Shown: one piece after another, positions 1-9,517 of the stretch
Layout of the letters: every line of letters starts with the position of its first letter
Position numbering within the stretch: position 1 is the stretch's first letter
NCBI GenBank assembly: GCA_902768335.1
Contig: CACXKR010000001.1
Location: 17,205-81,204 of the forward strand
Direction: 5' to 3'
From: an uncultured Erysipelotrichaceae bacterium
GTDB lineage: Bacteria; Bacillota_I; Bacilli_A; RFN20; CAG-826
DNA length: 64,000 nucleotides
Position numbers and translations under genes: made by a program
Notes under the pieces: model-generated
Database searches by the model: none
Seen by the model: the letters and a program-made list of their open reading frames with translations, nothing else
Told to the model about the DNA's origin: nothing

Positions 1-1199
1 CCATAATAGATTCTTAAAACAGATAGGACGATTGCGATACCATTTCCTAACGCTAAAACAATCAAAACTGTAATTCGATTTATTGCGCCTTCGGTGATAT
101 CTTCCATTTGATGAGTTAAAACGTGAACAGCTGGTTCGGCAAAGACAGCTGCTATACCGAGGAATGCTGCGACAAGAACAAGTAACCATAATTCTCCAGT
201 CGCAAGCTCTAAACCAAGTTTTTGACCAATAGGCAAGAATCCGGCATTTACTGCAGTCATGAAGAAAACCAAGCCAAGATAGGCAACAACAACGCCTAAA
301 ACGATATTCAAAACCATCTTTCCGGATAGTTTAATAAAAATTAATTCATAAATAATAAAGCATAAAATGATTGGAGATAGCGAAATAGTAACTGATAGAA
401 TCGATCCATATTCAGAGCCGCGAGGAAGCATGGCGTAAACGAACGCATCCCAAATCCCGGTGTTAGGATCTTTAACTAGAAGAGTTTCTTCAAACGTGTA
501 TGATAAATTGTTTCTAAAAATTAACGCCAAAATAAGTACCATCAAGATTGGACCAATCGAAGAAAAAGCAACAAGACCAAATGAATCGTTATTGGATTTA
601 TTACCTGCACGAGATGTTGCGATACCTACACCAACAGCAAGGATAAATGGAACAGTGATTGGACCAGTGGTGACACCACCGCTATCTAAAGATAGAGGGA
701 TGTAAGATTTATCAATCAAAAGGCAAAGTCCGAACATTAAACCGTAAAATCCTAAAAGCCAAACCTTTAAGCTTTTTTGGAATAGAATTCTAAGAGCACC
801 AATGACAACAAAAACACCGACACCAATTCCAATCATCACAATGAGCAAGAATCTTGGAACGCTAGGAACTTGGCTAGCAAGAACGCTTAAGTCAGGTTCG
901 GCTAGAGTTATAAATAAGCCAAACAAAAATAAAATTACGATAAGAAGAACCATACTCTGGCGTTTAGTCAAAGATGAGCCAACTAATTCGCCCATCTTTT
1001 TCATTGAAACTTCGGCGCCTAAGTTAAATAGCCACATTCCGATAACAACTAAAGCAGCGCTAATAGAAAAAACAACAATTTGATTTATGCTTAATTCGAT
1101 TCCCATTCCGGGGATGAAGTATAACAAGAGAACTACTACAACAACTGGAAGAGTTGAGAGGAATGATTCTTTTAATTTAATTAACGACCGTAAAAACAT
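1..1199 (-). CDS. polytopic membrane protein, 5'-partial in window (3' end lies beyond position 1); internally duplicated, possibly DUF1538-like
   Basis: The ORF track shows only antisense plus-strand ORFs here. A manual minus-strand translation from ATG at 1199 (revcomp of cat 1197-1199) reads MFLRSLIKLKESF...GPITVPFILAVGVGIATSR...AFSSIGPILMVL... with no stop back to position 1. It is very hydrophobic. Confidence 0.5.
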   Translation of the reverse strand, partial: MFLRSLIKLKESFLSTLPVVVVVLLLYFIPGMGIELSINQIVVFSISAALVVIGMWLFNLGAEVSMKKMGELVGSSLTKRQSMVLLIVILFLFGLFITLAEPDLSVLASQVPSVPRFLLIVMIGIGVGVFVVIGALRILFQKSLKVWLLGFYGLMFGLCLLIDKSYIPLSLDSGGVTTGPITVPFILAVGVGIATSRAGNKSNNDSFGLVAFSSIGPILMVLILALIFRNNLSYTFEETLLVKDPNTGIWDAFVYAMLPRGSEYGSILSVTISLSPIILCFIIYELIFIKLSGKMVLNIVLGVVVAYLGLVFFMTAVNAGFLPIGQKLGLELATGELWLLVLVAAFLGIAAVFAEPAVHVLTHQMEDITEGAINRITVLIVLALGNGIAIVLSVLRIYY

Positions 1200-1270
1200 A
1201 CTGCAATATTATAGACAAAAATTAAAAGCGCATGCAAGAACACACGCACTTTTCAATCATGACCATAATT

Positions 1271-2191
1271 TTATCTATGAAACAATGTTTCGAATTCTTT
1301 AGGCATGGGAGCCTTAAATTCATAAAGCTTCTTACTTATTGGATGAGTGAAAGAAAGAACATAGGCATGTAATCCTAAACGTTTTATTGGATTAGAAGGT
1401 TCACCATATTTATCGTCACCGATGACATGATGATTTCTATGTCCTAGTTGGACTCTAATTTGGTTTTTTCTTCCGGAGTCAATTTCAACATCTAAAAGAG
1501 AATAATATTTATTAGAATTCATTACTTTGTAATGTGTAACACATCTCTTACCAGTTTTTCGATCGTTAGTCACATACATTAAATTTAGCGAATTCTCTTT
1601 TAAGTAATCAATAAATGTATCTTCTTGTTTTTCTAATTGACCTTCAACGATTGCATAGTATCCGCGCTTGATTACAATGTCGTTCCAATTCTTTTGAAGA
1701 ACATCTTTTGTTTTAGGGTTTTTGGCAAATACTAAAACGCCAGAAGTATCTTCATCTAATCTATGGACAACATAAATTCTATTGTGCTTGTCTTTTTGTT
1801 GAACATAATCATTAACCATGCGATAGGCAGTGCGACCTTTTTCTCGGTCAGACGCAATTGATAATAGACCGCTTGGTTTATTGATAACAATGAATTCATC
1901 GTTTTCAAAAATGATTGGAAGATTTGCTCTAACTTTTTTTGTTATTCTCGTTTTTGAAACAATGACCGTATCCTCTTTTGTGAGATGTAAATTATATTGA
2001 GAAACGGGCGCTCCATCCACACTGACTTGATGATTAGAAAGAAGCGATTTCACCGCATTTCTCGATAATTTTGGATATTTCGATAGCAAAAAATCAAGTA
2101 GTTCGCAGTCCTCGTGAACCTTGAATTCCTTGATAGAATTTGGATTTACTTTTCCAGTATGAAATTCTTTTTTACGATCGTTTTTATTCAT
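1271..2191 (-). CDS. rluD: RluA-family 23S rRNA pseudouridine synthase (RluD/RluC-like) with N-terminal S4 domain
   Basis: It has the HRLDEDTSGVLVFAKN catalytic motif and an N-terminal S4-like region. Its start overlaps the stop of the upstream gene. Confidence 0.85.
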   Translation of the reverse strand: MNKNDRKKEFHTGKVNPNSIKEFKVHEDCELLDFLLSKYPKLSRNAVKSLLSNHQVSVDGAPVSQYNLHLTKEDTVIVSKTRITKKVRANLPIIFENDEFIVINKPSGLLSIASDREKGRTAYRMVNDYVQQKDKHNRIYVVHRLDEDTSGVLVFAKNPKTKDVLQKNWNDIVIKRGYYAIVEGQLEKQEDTFIDYLKENSLNLMYVTNDRKTGKRCVTHYKVMNSNKYYSLLDVEIDSGRKNQIRVQLGHRNHHVIGDDKYGEPSNPIKRLGLHAYVLSFTHPISKKLYEFKAPMPKEFETLFHR

Positions 2192-3053
2192 CTATTTCTT
2201 TAGCGTATGAAACCAAATCTTTGTATGTTTCTGGGCGACGATCTCTAAACACTCCCCAGGCAACTCTTTCTTTATCTATTTCTTCAAAATCAAATTCATG
2301 GATTCTAAAACCTTCTTCGGTTCTATTCATCTCTTCGACTACTTCGCCATGCGAATCGGCAATGAAAGAATAACCTTGAAAGACCATACTAGATTTTCCA
2401 GCTTTTTCTTCACCGACTCTATTTGAAGCACAAACAGGAATAATGTTAGCAGCAGCATGACCACACATCGTATTTCTCCAATGTGGCATCGAATCTCTAA
2501 CTAAAACTGGTTCTGAACCAATTGCGGTTGGGTACAAAATAATTTGAGCGCCTTTAAGAGCGAGCACTCTTGCGGTTTCTGGAAACCATTGATCCCAGCA
2601 TATTCCAATACCGACTCTTCCATATTTTGTGTTAAACACCTTGAATCCTGTATCACCAGGAGAAAAATAGAATTTTTCTTCATAGCATTCTCCGGTAGGA
2701 ATATGGGTCTTACGATATAAACCTAAATCTTTTCCATCAGCGTCAATCATAACTAATGAATTGAAATAATTTGCTCCAGATTTTTCAAAGAAAGAAATAG
2801 GTAAAACGACTTTGTATTTTTTAGCAATCTCTTGGAAATGCTTGATGGTGACCGATTTAGATCTAACTTCTGCTAAGCTGAATTTTTCATAATCCTCAAC
2901 TTGGCAAAAATATAGATTCTCAAACAATTCTTGCAAAAGAATAATTTGTGCACCTGCTTCGGCACATTTTTTAACCATTTCATCTGCTTTTTTAATGTTT
3001 TCTTCGTAATTAGAAGAACAACTCATTTGGGTAATTGCAACTTTAGTTTTCAT
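2184..3053 (-). CDS. aguB: N-carbamoylputrescine amidase (carbon-nitrogen hydrolase family)
   Basis: Nitrilase-superfamily signature CWDQWFPE plus E/K/C triad context. The likely start is ATG 3053 (MKTKVAITQMSC) with SD AAGGAG upstream, whereas the track ORF starts 21 codons earlier. It overlaps the upstream gene by 11 nt. Confidence 0.8.
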   Translation of the reverse strand: MKTKVAITQMSCSSNYEENIKKADEMVKKCAEAGAQIILLQELFENLYFCQVEDYEKFSLAEVRSKSVTIKHFQEIAKKYKVVLPISFFEKSGANYFNSLVMIDADGKDLGLYRKTHIPTGECYEEKFYFSPGDTGFKVFNTKYGRVGIGICWDQWFPETARVLALKGAQIILYPTAIGSEPVLVRDSMPHWRNTMCGHAAANIIPVCASNRVGEEKAGKSSMVFQGYSFIADSHGEVVEEMNRTEEGFRIHEFDFEEIDKERVAWGVFRDRRPETYKDLVSYAKEIDE

Positions 3054-5670
3054 TTCTTTTTTTGAACTCCTTATTATATGGAATCTGCATTGTAATGCAG
3101 TGGATGTTTCCTCCACCTAGCAATACTTCTCTTGTGTTAATTTGAATAATATCCTTATTAGGATAAAGCTTTTTAAGTTGAGCTTTTGCAAGTTTGTCTT
3201 CGGGCACTCCAAAAGCAGGTAATATAACGAATTTTTCGCCTTGATAGAAATTGATATATGATGCAGCAAGTCGAGAACCTTCTGGTCTTGCCTTGGCATC
3301 ATATCTTCCAAGTTTGATGCCTTTAGCTTCGCTCTTTGTCATATAAAGAGGTTTAGGAAGTTTTACTTTTATAATTTTTATTTTTCTTCCTTTTGCATCT
3401 ACAGATGTAGATAAAACTTTATATGCAGATTGAGAGAACTTATATTGTGGATCATCTTTATCTTGTGGCCATGCTAAAGCGACAACTCCTGGTTCGATAA
3501 AACAAGCCATATTATCAACATGTTCATTTGTTTCATCTTCAAAGATGCCGTTTTCAAGCCAAATAACTTTGCTGACATTAAGATAAACTTTTAATGTTTC
3601 TTCAATTTCTAATTGATTAAGATTTGGATTTCTACCTTTTGAAAGCAAGCATGCTTTTGTGACTAAACAAGTGCCCTCTCCATCAACATGAATCGAGCCA
3701 CCTTCTAAAATAAAGTCATCAAGATAATATCTTTCGACACCAAAATGCTTAGAAAGTTTCTTTGTCAAAACATCGTCATCTTTGTAATTAGAATAAAGAC
3801 CATCGAAATCTCCACCCCAAGCGTTAAATCTAAAATCAACCATTCTCATTTGGTCACCATTTGTTACAAAGATTGGACAATTGTCTCTTGCCCAAGCGTC
3901 ATTATATTTAATCTTAAGAGGAATAACGTTTTTAAGATTTTCGTAATCGCTAATAACCTTTTTATAAATAGATGGATCGATTCCAACATAGACTGGTTCA
4001 TATTTAGCAATTGATGTAATGATTTTTCTAAAGCATTCGAGAGCTGGTTTAGCATTATTTCTCCATGTATCTTTTCGATATGGAAGCAAAATGATGGTGC
4101 CACTATGTTTATTTCCTTCAAATGGCATCGCAAAATCATCACCACGAGGTGTTGTTAATCTCTTTTCAATATAATCGGTTAATTTATTTTTATATGTTCC
4201 GAATCTAGTCCAACTTTGAGTATCAATGACATTAACTTGTTCGGCTCCATAGTCCGAAAGAATGGTGACTCCTAATTTGCGATATTCGCTAATGCGTTGG
4301 ATTAAGTCGTTTGTGAACACTTCACCTGGAACAATTAAAGGTATTCCTGGTGGATAAATCATAATCGATTCTTTTGAAATTTCGTTCACTGCTTGTTCAA
4401 GAGGAATTATCTTACTTGGAGCATGATATGCTGCTCTTGGACGAGTAATTTGGAACGGGAAATCCATCCCGAATGCGTGACGTGGATATTCGAGTTTTTT
4501 ATGGTAATGAGTTTTCGAAATATCCCGCAAAGCGCGGATAAACCTTGTCATTTGAGTCTTGTCAGAGCCAATTGCTAAAATGCCCATAATGACATAGGTT
4601 TCAGCGAGCTCAACTTGAATATTGTATTTTTCTTTTAATAGATGATAGAGTTCAAAACCATTGATATCAAGGTGGTCCAATTTGATGACTAATTTTGTTT
4701 CATCATAATCAAAGCAACCTCGTTCAATAAAGTGGTCTTTGTTACAAGGAATAAATCCATTGATCTTGGCGATTTGTTCACGAGCGTATTTACTAAGTTC
4801 GTGAACTCTGTCCATGTTTTGTTGGCCCTTAGTTGCAACGTATTGACGCGCTGCATCAAGTGATGCCATTAACAAGGTGGATGGAGAAGTCGTATTTAAA
4901 ATATTGATTGCTTTTTGTACTGAAGCTCTATCAATTAATTTCGATTTAAGAAGAAGTATGCTTGATTGAGTTAAGCTACCTCCGGTCTTATGAAACGAAA
5001 CAGATGAAATGTCTGCTCCTGCATCCATTGCGGACATAGGACCTTTTTTATCGAAATAGTAATGTGCACCATGAGCTTCATCGACAAGGACAGCCATGCC
5101 TCGTGAGTGAGCTTCTTCGACAATACGTTTCAAATCTCCGACAGCGCCAAAATAAGTTGGGTTGATAACAAATACTGCTTTAGCAGTTGGGTAACGGTGC
5201 ATGGCAGTTATATAAGCATCAACGGTCGGTTGATTAGCGATTTCAAGCTCAGTATCTAATTTAGGCATTATATAAACTGGCGAAGCACCAGAAAGAATTA
5301 ATGCTGAAACAATTGATTTATGAACATTTCTTGGAATGATGATTTTTTGATTAGCATGACAAACAGACATAATCATCGCTAAAATTCCGCTACTAGTGCC
5401 ATTAATCAAAAAGAACGAATGATCAGCATGACAAAAATCTGCCATTAATTGCTCAGCTTCTAAAAGAACTCCATGTGGATTGGCTAAATTATCCATTCCA
5501 ATCGGAGCATTGATATCACAGCGATAAACTTTATCGCCTATAAACGTTTTAAATTTATTAGCGACGTTGCCCATATGATGTCCTGGAACATCTAGTGGAA
5601 CAACATCTTCACTTACATACTTTTTCAAAGCGTCTAAGTATGGGGTTTTATTTTGATCTAACTTCTTCAT
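3043..5670 (-). CDS. bifunctional fusion of arginine decarboxylase (Orn/Lys/Arg decarboxylase fold, PLP) and agmatine deiminase, in one 875-aa reading frame
   Basis: The N-terminal roughly 480 aa are Bacillus SpeA-like and carry the PLP-lysine motif SFHKTGGSLTQSS. The C-terminal roughly 380 aa are agmatine deiminase (TPRGDDFAMPFE...WRNNAKPAL N-term, ...GGGNIHCITMQIPY catalytic Cys C-term). Confidence 0.8.
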   Translation of the reverse strand: MKKLDQNKTPYLDALKKYVSEDVVPLDVPGHHMGNVANKFKTFIGDKVYRCDINAPIGMDNLANPHGVLLEAEQLMADFCHADHSFFLINGTSSGILAMIMSVCHANQKIIIPRNVHKSIVSALILSGASPVYIMPKLDTELEIANQPTVDAYITAMHRYPTAKAVFVINPTYFGAVGDLKRIVEEAHSRGMAVLVDEAHGAHYYFDKKGPMSAMDAGADISSVSFHKTGGSLTQSSILLLKSKLIDRASVQKAINILNTTSPSTLLMASLDAARQYVATKGQQNMDRVHELSKYAREQIAKINGFIPCNKDHFIERGCFDYDETKLVIKLDHLDINGFELYHLLKEKYNIQVELAETYVIMGILAIGSDKTQMTRFIRALRDISKTHYHKKLEYPRHAFGMDFPFQITRPRAAYHAPSKIIPLEQAVNEISKESIMIYPPGIPLIVPGEVFTNDLIQRISEYRKLGVTILSDYGAEQVNVIDTQSWTRFGTYKNKLTDYIEKRLTTPRGDDFAMPFEGNKHSGTIILLPYRKDTWRNNAKPALECFRKIITSIAKYEPVYVGIDPSIYKKVISDYENLKNVIPLKIKYNDAWARDNCPIFVTNGDQMRMVDFRFNAWGGDFDGLYSNYKDDDVLTKKLSKHFGVERYYLDDFILEGGSIHVDGEGTCLVTKACLLSKGRNPNLNQLEIEETLKVYLNVSKVIWLENGIFEDETNEHVDNMACFIEPGVVALAWPQDKDDPQYKFSQSAYKVLSTSVDAKGRKIKIIKVKLPKPLYMTKSEAKGIKLGRYDAKARPEGSRLAASYINFYQGEKFVILPAFGVPEDKLAKAQLKKLYPNKDIIQINTREVLLGGGNIHCITMQIPYNKEFKKRNEN

Positions 5671-5696
5671 AATTGAAAATTTTATTATATAAAATC

Positions 5697-6632
5697 TTAT
5701 TTAGCAACTTTGGAATTATTTAAAAAGAATTCCACCATTCTGTTATTGCATTTTTTACCTTCTTCCATCTCGAAACAGAAATGGTTATAGACGTGACCAA
5801 TTTTCTTATTCGCGCTTGATTCGAATAGATAATCTAGAGGAATATCATATTTTTCACAATCTCTTCTAAGTCTCATGGTTTGACTATTAAAATAGTCATG
5901 ATATGAAGTTGACGCAAATAATGGGGATGGTTTAAAGCCATTTTTAAAATAATATCTCGGATTATTTTTCTTTATAAATTCATCATCGATGTATCGTTTT
6001 GATAGCATCCATTTCACACTTCGCTTTGTAAGTATTTGTAACGCCTGTTTTCTAACGTATTCAAAATCATACATTGGTGAGTTTAATGCAATGCCTTTAA
6101 TATTAATTTTTGGAAATGAGGCAATTTGGTAATATTCTTGAATTTCTTTATTTCTGGAAAGAAGATCAATCAATAAGCAAATATGTCCACCAGCAGAATC
6201 ACCAACTAAAAATAGATTTTTGGTATCAATGCCATAGTGATGCTTATTCTCTTCAACGAATTTTAAAGCATCTAGTGCATCTCTTACTTGTTCCATGATT
6301 GAAATTGATCCATCTTTTTCTCCAAGACGATAATTTATCGCGACTACATCGAAACCTTGATCCACAAACCAAGATGTAAAGACACGATGATGTTCTTTAT
6401 AACCATGAACATATCCGCCACCATGAATATAAAATAAAAGGATGCCGTTTCGTTTTTTTGGATTGGTCATAATATCAAGCATATGAGACTTCTCGCCATC
6501 ACTAAGGTAGTTCAAATCCTTTTTAACATTAAAATTACCAAAGGTACGATGAGTGTTATTAAACTTTTCATCGCCCCTTCTCATTGAGCTAACCAAAATT
6601 CCTAGAGGCACTTTTATAATAGACATACTCAT
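5697..6632 (-). CDS. alpha/beta-hydrolase fold esterase/lipase
   Basis: It has an HGGGY oxyanion motif and a GDSAGG nucleophile elbow. Confidence 0.7.
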   Translation of the reverse strand: MSMSIIKVPLGILVSSMRRGDEKFNNTHRTFGNFNVKKDLNYLSDGEKSHMLDIMTNPKKRNGILLFYIHGGGYVHGYKEHHRVFTSWFVDQGFDVVAINYRLGEKDGSISIMEQVRDALDALKFVEENKHHYGIDTKNLFLVGDSAGGHICLLIDLLSRNKEIQEYYQIASFPKINIKGIALNSPMYDFEYVRKQALQILTKRSVKWMLSKRYIDDEFIKKNNPRYYFKNGFKPSPLFASTSYHDYFNSQTMRLRRDCEKYDIPLDYLFESSANKKIGHVYNHFCFEMEEGKKCNNRMVEFFLNNSKVAK

Positions 6633-6733
6633 AGAATATCATATTAATCATCTTTTTCGTAAAACGAATTGGACGATTATAATAAATTCTTCTTATAAGT
6701 TAATCGGTTTTATTTCTTAAATTTTAAAAATGT

Positions 6734-7915
6734 TTGTATTATACAAATATGGAAATTAATAAAAGTTGGAAAGATTTTATTCTCTTTAAAGACAAATCAT
6801 TATTCCGAAAAGTTGTTGTTCTTTTATCACTTTTAATAATTCTTTTAATATTACTTTTACTCAGGAATTACCGTGATTTTTGCGATGGATACTCTAAAAC
6901 TGTTGTTCAATTTTACGAGCTTGTTTTTGGTCATATCGCCTCGTTTTTCCCTTTTTCATTTTTTGAATTATTTGTGATTGGAACAATCGTTTATGCGATA
7001 AGTTGGATTTTCTTTTTTATCCTTAAAACGAAGCGAACTGGAATCAAAAAATCCTATCATATGATTTTACGATTGCTTGTAATTGTGATGTCGATTATCA
7101 CCCTGTATCAGGCTACCGCTGGAATTGAATATTCTCGTTATCCAGTCGATATTCCACAGCATCATGAGCTTTTAGAAAACCATCAAGACTACAAAGAAAT
7201 CTACATGTCCTTTGTCGACGATTTTAATTATTGCGCCTCAAAATTAACGTTCAATGAAGAAGGTTCGGTCGTCAAACCATATTCAAATGAAGAATTAATC
7301 AAATATCTTGAACTGGAATATGAAAAATTGGATTCAGATTACTTCTATAAATATTCTCCTAAAGCTAAGCCGATGTATTTCACCGGTTGGTTTTATCGAG
7401 CTATGTCAATTTCTGGAGTTAGTTTTGCGCCTACAGCCGAACCAAACTACAACATTTTAAATCCAGATGCATATCAACCATTCACAATCGCTCACGAAAT
7501 GGCGCATTCAAAAGGTGCTATGCCAGAAGAAGATGCGAACTTAGTTGCAGCATATATATGTCTGAATTCTGAAGACCCTTATATAAGATATTCAGGTTAT
7601 GATGTTTGCTTTTGGTCATTAGAGTCCTTTGTGATGGCAACCAATAATAAACAAAACGTCGAGGAGTTCTATAATTCCATCGACGATAATATTTATCGTA
7701 ATAACAATTATGAATATGATTATTGGACAAACCATGCAACATTTGAAAAAATCGCTGACTGGGTCAACGATTTATATCTTAAGTTCAATAACGATGTCGG
7801 AACTATCTCTTACAACGATAACATTGATACCACGCAAACAGAAACTGAATTTATTATTAATTCTTATTCGAGATATCAAGCTTTATTTATGTGGTTGTAC
7901 TTCGACAAAAATTAA
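6734..7915 (+). CDS. membrane-anchored putative zincin metallopeptidase (DUF3810-like), HExxH motif TIAHEMAHSKG
   Basis: It has N-terminal transmembrane helices and the HEMAH motif followed by an E...AN segment. The biological start may be M6 (MEINK). Confidence 0.45.
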   Translation: MYYTNMEINKSWKDFILFKDKSLFRKVVVLLSLLIILLILLLLRNYRDFCDGYSKTVVQFYELVFGHIASFFPFSFFELFVIGTIVYAISWIFFFILKTKRTGIKKSYHMILRLLVIVMSIITLYQATAGIEYSRYPVDIPQHHELLENHQDYKEIYMSFVDDFNYCASKLTFNEEGSVVKPYSNEELIKYLELEYEKLDSDYFYKYSPKAKPMYFTGWFYRAMSISGVSFAPTAEPNYNILNPDAYQPFTIAHEMAHSKGAMPEEDANLVAAYICLNSEDPYIRYSGYDVCFWSLESFVMATNNKQNVEEFYNSIDDNIYRNNNYEYDYWTNHATFEKIADWVNDLYLKFNNDVGTISYNDNIDTTQTETEFIINSYSRYQALFMWLYFDKN

Positions 7916-9489
7916 TGAGATATCGATGCGATAAATTCGGTTTCGATTTTCACATCAAGACGTGGGAATAAAGGTTCACCACGAGTAACGATATTTCCTT
8001 CATAAATGCAGAAGTCATGAACGTGATCATATTTTTCTTGCTCTTTTGTTAAACCAAATAACGCAAAGACTTTTGGAGCCGTTTCGACTAATGCTGGGGA
8101 TAATAGTTTAGTGCAAGTAACAATAGAATTTACCAAAACCGCCATAACATTTCCAAGCTCTTCATTTCGTCCTTCTTTTGATAAAACCCAAGGCTTAGAT
8201 TCTTCAATATATTTGTTTGTGGCGTTGAGTAATTCAATGACTTCATTAAAGGCTTCTGTAGGCTGTAAATCATCCATCAGAATTTCATATTTTTTAACTG
8301 TTTTCTCCGTTAAATCACGGATATTTTTCTCATTTTCGCCTGGATTAGATAAAGCGGGAACTTTGCCTTCAAAATATTTATTTATCATCGCTGTGGTGCG
8401 GTTAACGAGGTTACCAAAATTGTTCGCTAAATCGACATTGATCCTATCGGCGAATAATTCAGGTGAAAAGCGTCCGTCACTACCGAAAGAAAATTCTTTT
8501 GCAAGGAACCAGCGAACTGTGTCGACACCATATCTTTCAATTAATGGAATAGGTGAAACAACATTGCCTTTTGATTTTGACATTTTTTCGCCGTTTAAAT
8601 CTAAAAGGCCATGAACAAACACTCTATCAGGAAGTCTAAGATTTAAGCCCTTTAAAAACATTGGCCAGTAGATAGTGTGGAAACGAGTAATATCCGCTCC
8701 AACAACATGGACAATTTCGCAATTCTCGTCAGCCCAAAACTTATTGAATAATTCTGGGTTCTTTGAATCATAACCTAGAGCGGTAATGTAATTGCATAAA
8801 GCATCTAACCAAACATACATGACATGTTTAGGATTTTCTTTAACTGGGATGCCCCAATCAAACGTCGTACGAGAGACGCACAAGTCTTCTAAACCATTTT
8901 TGATGAATGTGTTGAGCATTTCATTCTTTCGAGAAATCGGGGTTATGAATTTCGGATTCTCATCATAGTATTTTAAAAGATCAGGAAGATACTTTTGGGT
9001 TTTGAAAAAATAACATTCTTCACTGTCTTTGTGGACTGGTCTACCACAATCTGGACAAAGATGTTCTTCGCCAACTTGAGTGTCAGTCCAAAATGATTCG
9101 CAAGGGGTACAATACCAACCTTCATATTTACCTAAATAAATGTCTCCATTAGCGTATAATTTGCTAAAAATATCTTGGACAACAGAGATGTGCCTTTCTT
9201 CAGTTGTACGAATAAAATCATCATATGAAATGCGCATCTCCTTCCAAAGATGTTGGAATTTTGCCACGATTTCGTCGACATATTGTTGTGGGCTCACTCC
9301 TTTTTCAGCGGCCTTCTTTTGAATCTTTTCACCATGTTCATCGGTGCCGGTGAGGAAGTAAGTTTCCACTCCGCGCATTCTTTTATAACGCGCTAAAATG
9401 TCGCACATCGTTGTGCAGTATGCATGGCCAATATGAGCTTCAGCGCTTGGATAATAAATTGGTGTAGTGATATAGAACTTGTTTTTCAT
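7912..9489 (-). CDS. metG: methionyl-tRNA synthetase (short form without C-terminal tRNA-binding domain)
   Basis: It has the HIGHAY and KMSKS motifs and a CPDCG zinc knuckle. Confidence 0.9.
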   Translation of the reverse strand: MKNKFYITTPIYYPSAEAHIGHAYCTTMCDILARYKRMRGVETYFLTGTDEHGEKIQKKAAEKGVSPQQYVDEIVAKFQHLWKEMRISYDDFIRTTEERHISVVQDIFSKLYANGDIYLGKYEGWYCTPCESFWTDTQVGEEHLCPDCGRPVHKDSEECYFFKTQKYLPDLLKYYDENPKFITPISRKNEMLNTFIKNGLEDLCVSRTTFDWGIPVKENPKHVMYVWLDALCNYITALGYDSKNPELFNKFWADENCEIVHVVGADITRFHTIYWPMFLKGLNLRLPDRVFVHGLLDLNGEKMSKSKGNVVSPIPLIERYGVDTVRWFLAKEFSFGSDGRFSPELFADRINVDLANNFGNLVNRTTAMINKYFEGKVPALSNPGENEKNIRDLTEKTVKKYEILMDDLQPTEAFNEVIELLNATNKYIEESKPWVLSKEGRNEELGNVMAVLVNSIVTCTKLLSPALVETAPKVFALFGLTKEQEKYDHVHDFCIYEGNIVTRGEPLFPRLDVKIETEFIASISH

Positions 9490-9517
9490 ATGAGGTACTC
9501 CTTGTTCTTATTTCTAA

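Noticed and set aside
460-1302. Four plus-strand ORFs of 71-93 aa in the ORF track
   Set aside because: They are antisense to a continuous minus-strand membrane-protein frame that runs off the window edge. They have low-complexity Thr/Ile/Lys-rich composition typical of AT-rich antisense frames.
8111-8614. 167-aa plus-strand ORF
   Set aside because: It lies entirely inside metG on the opposite strand. It has no ribosome-binding site and skewed Ser/Phe composition.
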